This document shows positions 31,624 to 42,188 of a DNA stretch of 64,000 nucleotides, piece after piece (the first letter of the stretch is position 1; every line of letters begins with the position of its first letter). Where the stretch lies: assembly GCA_963737655.1 (NCBI GenBank), contig CAVTTN010000002.1, positions 4,384,001-4,448,000 on the forward strand, given 5' to 3'. A program made the translations under genes and the position numbers. Under the pieces are notes generated by a model. That model was not told where the DNA came from and made no database searches. It was given only the letters and a program-made list of their open reading frames with translations. The stretch is from an uncultured Planctomycetota bacterium (GTDB lineage: Bacteria; Planctomycetota; Planctomycetia; Isosphaerales; Isosphaeraceae).

Positions 31624-32232
31624 TCATGCCGCCCTCCCCCCGACGCAATGCAGGAGGATGGCGAGGATCTTGCCCGGGACGTCGATCGCGTATTCTTCAG
31701 GATCGAGGACGAGCTCGGATCGGTCGAGTCGCAGGAAACGCCAGGCCGTCCCGGTCGTCACGGCGCCGAAGACCGTCGATGGACCTTCGCCTTCGGTTTC
31801 ATTGAACGACTGGACGGCGACCATCTCGGCGGCGCACTGGCCCAGTCCTGGCTTGACGTTGTCGTTCTTCGCCTCGACGACGGCGAGGACCGGGGCCGTG
31901 ACGAGGACCTTCAATCGGGACTTCGTCAGCAGATAAGCGCAGACCCCGTTCAGTCCTCGGGCTTCGTCGACGTGGAATTCGACTCCCGAGAAGAATCCGA
32001 CCGCGCCTCCCATCCTCCGGCGGGCCTCCAGGAGCATCGGGGTGACGATCAATTCCGATCGGGCCTTTTCCGTCCCGATCCCGACGGCCAGGGGGACGCA
32101 CTCCTCCAGGAGGCTGTGAAGGGTCGGCCCGATATCAACCGGATCAAATCGTCCGAAAATGTCGATTTCATCGACGATCTTCAGGCCGAACTCCTTGCGG
32201 ACCCGATCGAGGGTGAACTGGTGATAGGCCAT
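31624..32232 (-). CDS. Hypothetical PD-(D/E)xK restriction-endonuclease-fold-like protein (paralog 1)
   Basis: EKARSE..GVCAYLL..VEAK..GLGQCAAEM..GAVTTG..WRFL; co-linear with 30057-30707. Confidence 0.7.
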   Translation of the reverse strand: MAYHQFTLDRVRKEFGLKIVDEIDIFGRFDPVDIGPTLHSLLEECVPLAVGIGTEKARSELIVTPMLLEARRRMGGAVGFFSGVEFHVDEARGLNGVCAYLLTKSRLKVLVTAPVLAVVEAKNDNVKPGLGQCAAEMVAVQSFNETEGEGPSTVFGAVTTGTAWRFLRLDRSELVLDPEEYAIDVPGKILAILLHCVGGRAA

Positions 32233-32247
32233 CGCCCGGAAGTCCTC

Positions 32248-34989
32248 TTAACGATCCACCTCGCCCAGGACGATATCCAGGCTGCCGAGGATGCCCACCA
32301 CGTCGGCGATCGTGTGGCCCAGGCACATCTGTTCGAGGGCCGTCAGGTTGATGAAACTCGGGCTGCGGACGTGGTAGCGGTACGCCGTGCCCGAGCCGTC
32401 GGCCAGGACGTAGAAGCCCAGCTCGCCCTTGGGCGCCTCGCTCCTCGAATAGGCTTCCCCGGCCGGGACCTTGATCTGGTACGACTTCTTCCCCGGCAGG
32501 ATCGGCCCCTCGGGCAGGTCGCGCACGGCCTGCTTGAGGATCTTCACGCTCTCGCGCATCTCCAGGAGGCGGACGACGTACCGGTCGTAGATGTCGCCGT
32601 GGGTCCCGGTGACGACCTTGAAGTCGAAGCGGTCGTAGATCGAGTACGGGGCGGCCCGGCGGATGTCGTAATCGACGCCCGAGCCTCGCAGGACCGGCCC
32701 GGCCGTCGAGAACGCCGTCGCCTGCTCGGCCGTGAGGACGCCGATCCCCTTGCACCGATCCAGGACGATCTCGTTGCCCGAGAGGTAGCGGTCGAGCTCG
32801 TCGATCCGCCGGTCCAGGCGGTCGAAGACGATCGCCTTGCACCGCTCGGCCCAGCCCTTGGGCAGGTCGAACGCCACCCCGCCGAACCGGAAATAGTTGC
32901 ACATCATCCGGCTGCCGGCCGCCCACTCGAACAGGTCGAGGATCAGCTCGCGCTCCTCGATCGCGTACAGGGCGGGGGTGAAGAACGCGCCCAGGTCGTT
33001 CAGGAGGAACCCGATCGACCACATGTGGCTGGCGATCCTCGTCAATTCGGCCATGATCACGCGAATGTATTCGGCCCGTTCGGGCACCTTCGCGTCGTCG
33101 CCCATCAGTTGCTCGACGGCCAGCGCGTAGCCGAAGTTATTGGCCATGCTCGTCAGGTAGTCGAGCCGGTCGGTGAACGGGAAGTTCATCAGGAACGTGT
33201 TGCGTTCGCCGATCTTCTCGTGATTGCGGTGCATGTAGCCCATCACGGGCTTGAGCCCGACGATCGTCTCGCCGTCCACGCGCAAATTCATGCGGAAGAC
33301 GCCGTGGGTCGAGGGGTGTTGCGGCCCCATGCTGACGATGAACTGGTCGGTGTCGAGCTCGGAGACCTCGGCCCCGCTGGGCAGGAGGTACTTGCCCTTG
33401 GTGTCGTCGCCGGGGTCGAGCTTGTTCCAGCCGTCGTAGCCCTTGGGCACCTTCATGTTGGTGCCGTGGGGGCTGAACTCCTCGGCCCGGAAGTGCTGGC
33501 CGTCCTCGACCCGGCTGTCGAAGACTTTTGTGGGGCCTTCGTAGTACGGTTCGAGGTAGTCCTTGCGAAGGGGGTAGTAGGCGAACCCCTCCCACATCAA
33601 AATTCGCTTGAGCTCGGGGTGCCCGGCGAACCGGACGCCCATCATGTCGTAGACCTCGCGCTCCTGGAAGTCGGCCCCTCGCCACACCGAGACGACCGAC
33701 GGCACCTCGCCCTCCCCTTCGGCCTCGGCGCACCTCACGCGGAGCTCGATCAGCTTGCCGGGGTTGGTGGTGCTGTCGACCTGATAATTGACCTCGATGC
33801 AATCCTCGTAGTGGACGCTCTGGAGGCTCGCCAGGTAGTCATACTTGATCGGGTTGCGGTCGCGGAGGTAGAGGCCGACCGCGACGAGCTTCGCCGGCTC
33901 GATCAGCAATCCGGCCATGACGACCTGGGCGGTCCCGGCGCCGAATTCGGCGTTGATCCGCTCCTCCAACTGCTTCAATTCGAGGTCGCCGAGCCAGACG
34001 AGGCTGGGCCGGGCCTCGGCCGTCTTGATCTTCTTGCCGGCCTTGGCGGCGGGCTTGCCGGTGTCCTTGACCGGGGTCGGGACGGCCGCGGCGTCGGCGT
34101 TCGGGCTGTTCGCCTCGGCCTTCGCGGGGTCGGCCTCGGCCACGTTCTTGGCCTTGGCCCGCAACTGGTCGAGCTTGCTCATCGGCTTCGGCGCCGAGTC
34201 GGCCGGCTCGGGCGTCGGGATCTCGACGGCCCCCGGGGCCGGAGGGGGCTGCGGCGCCGGGATCCTCGCGGGCTTCTCCAGGGTCGCCTCGCGGGCCTCG
34301 ACCAGGCCCATCGCCGTCCTCTCGGCCGTCATCTCCAGGGTCCGGAGGTCGATCAGGTCGGGCCCGAGCACCGGGATCGGCACGTCGCGCTCGACCTGGC
34401 CGTTATACCACGGGGACTGGGTGATCTTCTCGCCGTCGATCTTCTTCTGGAGCATCATCAGGCCGTTCAGGAGCGCCTGGGGCGTGGGCGGGCAGCCGGG
34501 GACGTACACATCGACCGGGAGATACTTGTCGATCCCCGAGACGACGTTGTACCCCTCCTTGAACGGGCCTCCGCCCGAGGCGCAGGCGCCCATGCTGATC
34601 ACGTACTTCGGCTCGGGCATCTGGTCGTACAGCCGGGCGATCATCGGCATCATCGTCTTGGTGACGGTGCCCGAGACGATCATCACGTCCGCCTGGCGAG
34701 GGGAGCCGCGGAAGACCTCGGCGCCGAACCGGGCGATGTCGAACCGGCTCGACGCGGTGCAGATCATCTCGATGGCGCAGCAGGCCAGGCCGAAGCCCAG
34801 GGGCCACAGGCTGGAGCGGCGGCCCCAGTTGTACACGAGGTCCACGATCCCGCCGGCGCCGACGAGCTTCTGCCACGTCGTGGTCACGACGTGCTGCTCC
34901 AGCTCCTTCTGGAGGCCGGGGTCGATGACGGTCATCCACTCCGGGCGGGTGGTGGTGAGCTCGGCGCGGGGTTCGAGGGTGGTCGCCAT
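32248..34989 (-). CDS. nuoBCD: Fused NADH-quinone oxidoreductase subunits B-C-D (913 aa)
   Basis: NuoB ([18 protein letters not shown]), NuoC ([17 protein letters not shown]) and NuoD ([24 protein letters not shown]) in one stop-free frame. Confidence 0.92.
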   Translation of the reverse strand: MATTLEPRAELTTTRPEWMTVIDPGLQKELEQHVVTTTWQKLVGAGGIVDLVYNWGRRSSLWPLGFGLACCAIEMICTASSRFDIARFGAEVFRGSPRQADVMIVSGTVTKTMMPMIARLYDQMPEPKYVISMGACASGGGPFKEGYNVVSGIDKYLPVDVYVPGCPPTPQALLNGLMMLQKKIDGEKITQSPWYNGQVERDVPIPVLGPDLIDLRTLEMTAERTAMGLVEAREATLEKPARIPAPQPPPAPGAVEIPTPEPADSAPKPMSKLDQLRAKAKNVAEADPAKAEANSPNADAAAVPTPVKDTGKPAAKAGKKIKTAEARPSLVWLGDLELKQLEERINAEFGAGTAQVVMAGLLIEPAKLVAVGLYLRDRNPIKYDYLASLQSVHYEDCIEVNYQVDSTTNPGKLIELRVRCAEAEGEGEVPSVVSVWRGADFQEREVYDMMGVRFAGHPELKRILMWEGFAYYPLRKDYLEPYYEGPTKVFDSRVEDGQHFRAEEFSPHGTNMKVPKGYDGWNKLDPGDDTKGKYLLPSGAEVSELDTDQFIVSMGPQHPSTHGVFRMNLRVDGETIVGLKPVMGYMHRNHEKIGERNTFLMNFPFTDRLDYLTSMANNFGYALAVEQLMGDDAKVPERAEYIRVIMAELTRIASHMWSIGFLLNDLGAFFTPALYAIEERELILDLFEWAAGSRMMCNYFRFGGVAFDLPKGWAERCKAIVFDRLDRRIDELDRYLSGNEIVLDRCKGIGVLTAEQATAFSTAGPVLRGSGVDYDIRRAAPYSIYDRFDFKVVTGTHGDIYDRYVVRLLEMRESVKILKQAVRDLPEGPILPGKKSYQIKVPAGEAYSRSEAPKGELGFYVLADGSGTAYRYHVRSPSFINLTALEQMCLGHTIADVVGILGSLDIVLGEVDR

Positions 34990-35181
34990 GATTCGGATTC
35001 GCTCGGCTCGGCTCGGGATCGTCCGGGGCGGGGCGGACCGGGTTCGGCCTCGTCGTCGATCGCGGACGATCACCGACGGGCGCCCCGGGGCCTTGCGTAT
35101 GGTAAGCATCCGGCATGGGGCTTGCCAGGGGGTAGCGGCCGACCCCTTCCCGACCTTCCCGGCCCGGACCATAATGGCAGG

Positions 35182-35406
35182 ATGGATCACTCCCGGTTCC
35201 AGATCAGCGTGGCCGCGATGCTCGCCCTGGTGGCCTGCCTCGCCCTGAATTTCTGGCTCTTCCGCCTGGGGGTGATCTGGGGACTGCTCGGCCTGAACGT
35301 CACCAAGCACGTCGCCATCGCCTTCGTCTGCCAGGCCATCGGCCTGAACCGCAAGGTCCAGCGGCCACCGACGCCCAAGCCCCGGCCCGAGCCGTCGTCG
35401 AATTGA
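35182..35406 (+). CDS. Small hypothetical membrane protein (74 aa), possibly leaderless
   Basis: [14 protein letters not shown] hydrophobic N-terminus; CATAAT -10-like box ends 6 nt before the ATG. Confidence 0.6.
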   Translation: MDHSRFQISVAAMLALVACLALNFWLFRLGVIWGLLGLNVTKHVAIAFVCQAIGLNRKVQRPPTPKPRPEPSSN

Positions 35407-35440
35407 ATGGGCTCGGGTCGCGGCGATTCCCTTTGCCGGT

Positions 35441-35488
35441 CCCCTCTCCCCCGTCGCGGCGGAGAGGGTTAGGGTGAGGGTGAGGGGG
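35441..35488. repeat. CCCCTCTCCC...GGAGAGGGTTAGGGTGAGGG-type palindromic repeat
   Basis: Hairpin plus AGGGT tail; related copy inside pabB (9725-9750). Confidence 0.65.
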
Positions 35489-35569
35489 CCGCAGCCCAGG
35501 ACGCTCCGGGCAAAGTCCCGGCCCCAAGAGATCGCCCCGTGGTCACCCGATGGCGGTCCCATCTCCCCC

Positions 35570-37852
35570 ATGATCCCCCGGCCGACCCTCCCCCTGCCCT
35601 GCCTCGTCGCGATGGCCGTCGTCGGCCTGGCGCTCGGCGGATCGTGGTTCGGGTACGAGCCGGTTGGCGGAGACCCCGACAAGCTCTATCGGCCGATCAA
35701 GGCGGAGCTCGCCCGGTCGCTGGCCGAGGGCCGATTGCCGTTCTGGAGCGACCGCTTCGGCCTGGGCTGCCCTCTCGTGGCCGAGAGCCACGTGGCCGCG
35801 TTCTACCCGCCGAACTGGCTGGTTTACCGCGTGATGCCCGTCGCCCCGGCGTTCCGGCTGATGCTCTGGCTCCACTCGGTCGCCCTGGCCGGGACGATGT
35901 ACCTTTATGCCCGATCGCTCGGCCTGACGCCCTGGGGGGCGGCCCTGGCGTCGGTGGCGTTCTCGCTCTGCGGGTTCTCGGCGAGCCACTGCGTCCATGA
36001 GCCGTTCTATGGCGTGATGCCATATTTACCTCTGTGCCTGTACCTCGCCGACCGCTTCGCCGGGACCGGCCGGATCGCCTTCGCGGCGGGATTGGCGCTG
36101 GCGTGGGGCGTGCAGATCACCCTGGGACATTTTCAGATCCCGATGTGGACCGGAGGGGCTCGCGCTGGTCCTCGGCGGCTGGCGGGCGATCTGCGAGGGC
36201 CGACCGTGGCGGATCGTCGGCCTCGGGATCGCTCTCGTCGGCGGGATCGGCCTGGCGGCGGTCCAGATCGTGCCGACGTATGAACTTGTGAAGGTGGCCG
36301 GGTTCGGCCGCCCGCTGGCCCAGTTGATGAATTATCGGTCCCCTCCCGAGCACCTTTCCGGCTGGGCGGTGCCAGAATTGTTCCTGGCCCGGGATGGTCA
36401 CTCGAACGACGCCTACTGGTCGCGCCTGGCCACGACCCCGGGCGAGTCCTCGGCCTACGTCGGGACGGTCCCCCTGGTCCTCTCCTGGGTGGGGATCGTC
36501 GCGGCCCCTCGCGACCGCCGCTTCACCCCCTGGCGGCTGATCGTCCCGGCCGGTCTCGCCCTGGCGAGCATGGCGAGCTGGTGGCCCGACGGATACTGGA
36601 TCGTCTTGCAGGTCCCCGGTTTCGGGCTGTTTCGCGCCCCGGGACGATACACGTTGCTGACCAGCCTGGGACTGAGCTTGCTCGCGGGTCGGGGGCTGGA
36701 CCGGACGATCTCGGCCCGACGCTTCGGGATCGGCCTGGGCCTGGCGATCCTGGCGGGAGCGGCGAGCTTCGGATGGTCGATGCTCCTCGCCAGCCGAACC
36801 GATTATCGGGCGAGCTTCGGCGCGGACACTGTGACACTCCGAATCGCTTCGGCCGCGGGGGCCTGGGCGGTCGGCCTCGGGGCGGTCGTGGCCTGGCGGA
36901 TGCGGAGGCTCCCCGACTGGGCCCCGGTCGCCGTGGCGGCCCTGGAACTGTCGATCCTCTTTCATCTCGGCTCATCTCGATGGCAAAAATCGGTCGATCC
37001 GACGACGGACAGCCCGATCCTCGCCCGGCTCGCGACCGAGCCCGACGTGGGCCTCGTGGCGGGCCCGGTGGGGAACGTGCCGGTCCGATTGGGCCTGGCC
37101 ACGGCGTTCCCCGACTTCGGGATCACGCCACCTCCGCCGAATTACCTCCTCGAATCCGCGCGGACGCCTCCCGGGCAGAACGACCCGGCGTCCCTCCGCT
37201 GGCAGCGCCGGTTCGGCGTGACCCACGGCGTCTGGCACCTGGGAGACGAAACCCGAAATGCCGAAATCTTGATCGAAGCGCCCGACCCGGCCCTCGACCG
37301 GCTGCTGGACGAACGCGCCGGACCTCCCTCGCGGTGGAAGCTGGCGAGGATGGCCGGGGCGTTCCCCCGGGCCCGGGTCGCGACCCGGAGCGTCGAGGTG
37401 GAGGACTGGGGCGCGATGTACGTCCGTCTCACGTCGCGCGACGACCCGGAGGAAGTCGTTTATGAGACGGCCGACCGGCCGCGCGAGGCCGGCGGCCCGA
37501 GGGCGAAATCCGCCCGGCTGATCGCCTTCGACGGCCGATCGGCCGAGGTCGAGCACGACGGCGAGTGCGACCTGGTCGTCCGCCGGACGTATTACCCGGG
37601 GTGGATGTTCCGGATCGACGGCGGCCCGAGGCGCCCGTCCTCAAGGCCGACGGCGGGTTGCAGGCCGTCCGGTTGGCGGGGTCTGGCGTTCATAACGTCA
37701 CATTTGTGTATCGGCCGACGGGAATGGGTCGGGCGATGGGGATTTCGGGGATTTGTTTTGTGGTTATTTTGATGTTTTTCGGTTTGACAATTTTTGGTTT
37801 CAGATCTCGGGTCGGCGGGGGCGTGATCGGCGGGCCGCCGAGAGGGTCGTGA
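35570..37852 (+). CDS. YfhO-like GT-C membrane glycosyltransferase; apparent frameshifts near 36158 and 37628
   Basis: GRLPFW..G.P..AE..FYPPNW, AYVG, FRAPGR, YYPGW..IDG; pieces 35570-, 36270- and 37565- are contiguous. Confidence 0.75.
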
Positions 37853-37861
37853 CGACGGGGC

Positions 37862-37911
37862 GGAGGGCGGGTTTCACCCGCCGGGTTGTTGGTGCATTTC
37901 ATGCACCCTAC
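37862..37911. repeat. Hybrid REP doublet: GGAGGGCGGGTTTCACCCGCC arm plus inverted family A arm
   Basis: 37862-37882 palindrome; 37891-37911 is the reverse complement of GTAGGGTGCATGAAATGCACC. Confidence 0.75.
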
Positions 37912-38307
37912 GTCATTGCATAAAACATGACGGTTCTTCGATCCTTGGGAAAGTTGACTGCGCTCTTCGCGTGAAATCGTCGGAAAGGGCGGTTTTTGCA
38001 GGGGATTCGCGGTGGCAACGACTCGTGCGCGCGGATTTTGCTTCACGTTTGCATGATTTTTAAAATTGGACGCAAATGCCGTCTGAAAATGGGTTTGGGG
38101 CGATCGGCCCTCCCGTCACTTTGCATCGCAAAGTGCCAGCGAGGGCAGCCTCGCCCGCCGCTCGACGATGCCTCGCGAGCGAGGTTCCCGGGTGGCGACA
38201 ATCGTCCGATTTCGCGGATTGGGTGATCGCGCCCGGGGACGGTCGCGATGGTTTCCGGGAGGGCGTTGATCGATTCGCGGGGAACGGGGGTGGGTCGTGG
38301 GATCGTC

Positions 38308-39045
38308 TCAGAAGAATTCGTCGATATTTGGGGTGATGACCAGCTCGGGCACGTTCGCGCGGGGCGGGAGCTTGACGAGGAACTCGACGGCGGCGGCCAC
38401 GTCCTCGGGCTGCAAGATCGCGTCGAGCCGCTCCTGGGGGACTGCCACCGGCCGATTCTTGAGGATCGGCGTGTTCACCTCTCCCGGGTAAATCACCGTC
38501 GATCGAATCCCCCGCGAGTGCTCCTCCCGTCCCAGGCCGATCCCCAGGGCGCTCTGGCCGAACTTCGAGGCCGAGTAGCCCACCCCTCCGAGCAGGCTGG
38601 CGCGGACACCGGCGATCGAAGTCACCTGGATCACCAACCCCTTGCGACGTTCTCGCATCGAAGGCAGCGCAAAATGAACGACGTTGAACGCGCCGGTCAG
38701 GTTGGTGGCGATCATCCGGTCCCAGTCGGCGGGGTCGAGCACGTCGAGCTTGCGGTTGCGGACGTTGATCCCGGCGTTGCAGACGAGGACGTCGATCGAG
38801 CCGAAGTCGTCGAGGGTCCGCTTGACGATCCCTTCGACGGCCGGGCGGTCGGCGACGTCCCCGGCCTCGATCCGAAGTCGCGACGCCGCCTCGGGTTCGA
38901 GCCCGGCCTTCACGGCGTCGAGCTTGGCCGGATCGCGGCCGACGATGGCCACGCGGAGGCCCATCCGGGCCAGGGATTCGGCGATCGCGCGGCCCATCCC
39001 GCTGCCGGCCCCGGTCACGAGGGCCGTTTCATAAGTGGTGGTCAC
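38308..39045 (-). CDS. SDR-family oxidoreductase
   Basis: TGAGSGMG, NAG, YSASK, PGEVNT. Confidence 0.9.
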   Translation of the reverse strand: MTTTYETALVTGAGSGMGRAIAESLARMGLRVAIVGRDPAKLDAVKAGLEPEAASRLRIEAGDVADRPAVEGIVKRTLDDFGSIDVLVCNAGINVRNRKLDVLDPADWDRMIATNLTGAFNVVHFALPSMRERRKGLVIQVTSIAGVRASLLGGVGYSASKFGQSALGIGLGREEHSRGIRSTVIYPGEVNTPILKNRPVAVPQERLDAILQPEDVAAAVEFLVKLPPRANVPELVITPNIDEFF

Positions 39046-39152
39046 GGTGGGGCGTTCCTGGGTGTCGCTCGGGAGGTGGGGTCGGACCAGATCCGCTCCA
39101 GAAAACACGAAGACCGCCCCGAAGGGAAGGGCCCAGGAGTCCCAGGCCCCTC

Positions 39153-39190
39153 CGGGTGGCCTGCTTACGTCTTCGTAAGCAGGCCACCCG
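39153..39190. repeat. Family D palindrome, single hairpin (GGGTGGCMTGCTTACG)
   Basis: cgggtggcctgcttacg-tctt-cgtaagcaggccacccg; related to 54279 and 60168. Confidence 0.8.
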
Positions 39191-39208
39191 AGGGGGCGCC
39201 ATCACTTC

Positions 39209-39345
39209 CTCTGTAGAAAACCCGCTTGAAGAAGTCGATCGAGTAGGTCCGACTTCAGTCGGGCCTGCAGAAACGCCTTATTTTGTGGGCCCGACTGAAG
39301 TCGGACCTACTCGATTCCTCTTCATCACCGGGTTCTTCTACGGAG
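39209..39345. repeat. Nested element: CTCTGTAGAAAACCC terminal IRs enclosing a family C REPIN (GTAGGTCCGACTTCAGTCGGGCC)
   Basis: Inner arms 39243-39265 and 39288-39310; second copy at 60328-60463. Confidence 0.85.
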
Positions 39346-39358
39346 CAGCCCTCACTCC

Positions 39359-40835
39359 TCACTTACCGGGCTTCGTCGAGAAGCTCGGGTAGAACTTGGC
39401 GAGGTAGGCCGAGACCAGGCTGGCGAAGCTGGGCGAGGAGGTCGTCGGCGGCGTGACCACGACGGAGGCCGGCGGTGAGGCGGAGGTCGAGGCTCGTCGT
39501 CGTGGTGGTGGTCGAGCCGGTCGTCTTGGGAGGCGTGGGGGTCTGCGGAGGAGGCAGGGGCGCGATCGTGCTCGTCGGGTGGGGCGTGGTGAAGAGTTCG
39601 ACGTTGTCGTAGTGGAACGTCGTCGGGTCGGTGACCTTGGCGGCCTGGTAGACCGAGGAGTTCCCCGAGTTCGAATAGACCTGGACGAGGTTGAAGTTGA
39701 TCGTCCCGCCCGCGCCGTTGGAGAACCCGGCCATCGGGTCCTGGATCGCGGTCGAGGGCACGGTGGCGGTCAACTGGCCGTTCAGGTACACGTTCGTCTG
39801 GGGGGTGGCCTTGGCGGGGATCAGCGACGCGGCCTTGAGGATGTCGATGCGATCGTAGCTGGCGTGGGTGGCGGGGTCATACACCTTCACCGAGCCGTTC
39901 TGGAGCCAGGATTCGACGCTGGCCACGCTGGGCAGGGTGCCGAATCGCTGCTGGTAGATCTGCTGGAGGAGGATGATCCCGCCGGTGACCTCGGGGGCGG
40001 CGTAGCTGGTGCCCTCGACGGTCTGATAGCCGTTGAAGCTGGTCACGACGATCCCCTGGCCGGGGGCGGCCAGGTCGGTGGCGGCGCCTCCGCCGTCGGC
40101 CGGGTCGAGCCTCTGGGCGTTGGGCACGATCTGGTCGCCCAGGGTGGTGCCGGTCACGCTGATGGTCTCGGACAGGATCGCCGGGAAGCCCACGCCGGGG
40201 CTGCCGTTGAAGCTGTTGCCCGTGGCCACGACCACAGGCACGTTCACCTGGTCGAGCTCGTGGATCAGGGTCGCGAGCTGCTGGCCGAGCGAGTTGTCGT
40301 TGCTGAAGAAGTCATACGAATAGTTGCCGCCGTCGGAGATCGAGAGGTTCACGACGGAGATATGGTCCTGGACGCGGTGGTCCAGGGCATACTGGAGGGC
40401 CCGGAGGACGTTGGAGAAGTCGCCGGAGCCGTCGTCGGCGAACACGCGGAGGGCCACGATGTTCGCGCCCGGGGCGACCCCGGGGTGGTTCGGGTCGACC
40501 CCGGCGACGATCCCGGCGGTGCTGGTGCCGTGGTCGGAGACCGGATACGGATTGGAGACGTTCTTGGTGAAGTCGTAGCCGTCGGAGACCTTGTGGCCGG
40601 GCCCATAGGTGGGATCGGAGCCGAGGTCGGGGTTGGTGTAGGCCACTCCGGTGTCGATCATGGCGGCGGCCAGGCCGGTGCCGTCCACCCCGTAGGCGGT
40701 TCGCGTGGCGGTCGCCTCGATCAGGGCGTCGGCGGCGCTCACGCCCCCGGAGAGGACCAGGCGGGCTTCGAGCGGTTCAAGGCGGGGGCGGCATCCGGTC
40801 CGTCCTGTCCGTCGCTGGGCTCGATTCGAAATCAT
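39359..40835 (-). CDS. S8 subtilisin-like serine protease with LEPR-XLL-type N-terminal motif; probable frameshift near 39492
   Basis: RPRLEPLEARLVLS; triad IDTG / HGT / GTSYAAP; Thr/Pro-rich tail. Confidence 0.85.
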
Positions 40836-41409
40836 GGTCGGCTGCTCCCCGGACGGCCGCCTAACCCTCGGCGCTGGCCGCCCCGCGATCCGGTGGTGAA
40901 CGCCCCCCCTCCGTGGCGCGGCCCGGGGCGATCGCAGGGTTGCCATCGTCTCGGGTCGCGGTGCCGAGGGCCCATGCCGGACCCTGGCTGTCGGGGCGCA
41001 ATCGAGTGGGAAGAACGGTGGCGTTTCCCGGGCGAAGGCGCCCGGTCCGGCCCCGAAAGGCGGGGAACTCCCCGGGAGGGCGGCCCCGGTGCGGGTCGCC
41101 CCGGCCCATCATGAGCCGAGCGCCCGGGGACGGGGTCGTCCCGGGAAGCTCCGGTCGGTCGCATCCTGCGGAGGATTCGGGCCGGGGATGGCCCGAGGGG
41201 GAAGGGACGCGCCCTTCCAGGTCGCGCCCTCGGGCGGGGTGGCGCCCCGCCCTCTCCGTTCCGATCGCCGAGGCCGCCCGAACCGCGTTGCCGGGCCCGG
41301 GGCTTTCGGCTATATCCGTCGCCTGTCCCGCGGTCGGCCCCTCGCCGATCGGAGGGGCTGTCTCGCGGTGTTCCCAGTATCGGATCTGACCTCGGAGGAG
41401 ATCTGGCCA

Positions 41410-42156
41410 ATGAGCGAAATTCTCGCCGTGATCCCGGCCCGATTCGCTTCGACCCGCCTGCCCGGCAAACCCCTCCTGTCCGCCACCGGAAAGCCCCTGA
41501 TTCGCCACGTCGTCGAGGCCGCCCGGCGCGCCAGATGCCTGGATCGGGTGATCGTCGCCACCGACGACCCCCGAATCTATCAGGTGGTGACCGGCTTCGG
41601 CGGAGAGGCCGCGATGACCCGGGCCGACCACCCCAGCGGGACCGACCGCGTGGCCGAGGTCGCCTCCGCCATCCCCTCCGCCTCGATCGTCGTGAACGTC
41701 CAGGGAGACGAGCCCGAGATCGCCCCCGAGGCCATCCAGGCCGTGGTGGAAATGCTCCAAAACCACCCCGAGCTGAACATGGCCACCATCGCCACCCCGA
41801 TCCGCGACGAAACCGTTTACCGAGACCCGGGTTGCGTCAAGGTCGTCCTCGACGGCAACGGCCGGGCCCTGTATTTTTCCCGGAGCCCGATCCCCATGCA
41901 CCGCGACGGCCCCCCCGATTCGGGCGTCTGGGGCCTCCTCCACCTCGGCCTGTACGCCTACCGTCGCGAGTTCTTACTCAACCTCGCCCAATTGCCCGTC
42001 TCCCCACTCGAACGGGCGGAGAAGCTGGAACAATTGCGGGTCCTGGGCGCCGGCGCCGCCATCGGCGTAGCCACGATCGACGAGCCGAGCGTGGGCATCG
42101 ACACCCCCGAGGATTACGAGCGGTTCGTCCGCCGATGGAACGCCTCGGCCGCCTGA
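41410..42156 (+). CDS. kdsB: 3-deoxy-manno-octulosonate cytidylyltransferase
   Basis: IPARFASTRLPGKPL, SGTDR, NVQGDEP, YFSRSPIP, LEQLR. Confidence 0.95.
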   Translation: MSEILAVIPARFASTRLPGKPLLSATGKPLIRHVVEAARRARCLDRVIVATDDPRIYQVVTGFGGEAAMTRADHPSGTDRVAEVASAIPSASIVVNVQGDEPEIAPEAIQAVVEMLQNHPELNMATIATPIRDETVYRDPGCVKVVLDGNGRALYFSRSPIPMHRDGPPDSGVWGLLHLGLYAYRREFLLNLAQLPVSPLERAEKLEQLRVLGAGAAIGVATIDEPSVGIDTPEDYERFVRRWNASAA

Positions 42157-42188
42157 AATCCCCGTTGATACAGTACTTGCGAGCGATC

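Noticed and set aside
32248..34989. Group 4 [NiFe]-hydrogenase (would explain missing EFG)
   Set aside because: The large-subunit domain has RLDY and GEVDR, not the two CxxC Ni-binding motifs
40836..41409. Riboswitch or ncRNA in the long subtilase-kdsB intergenic region
   Set aside because: Only generic GC-rich stems; no recognisable conserved motif
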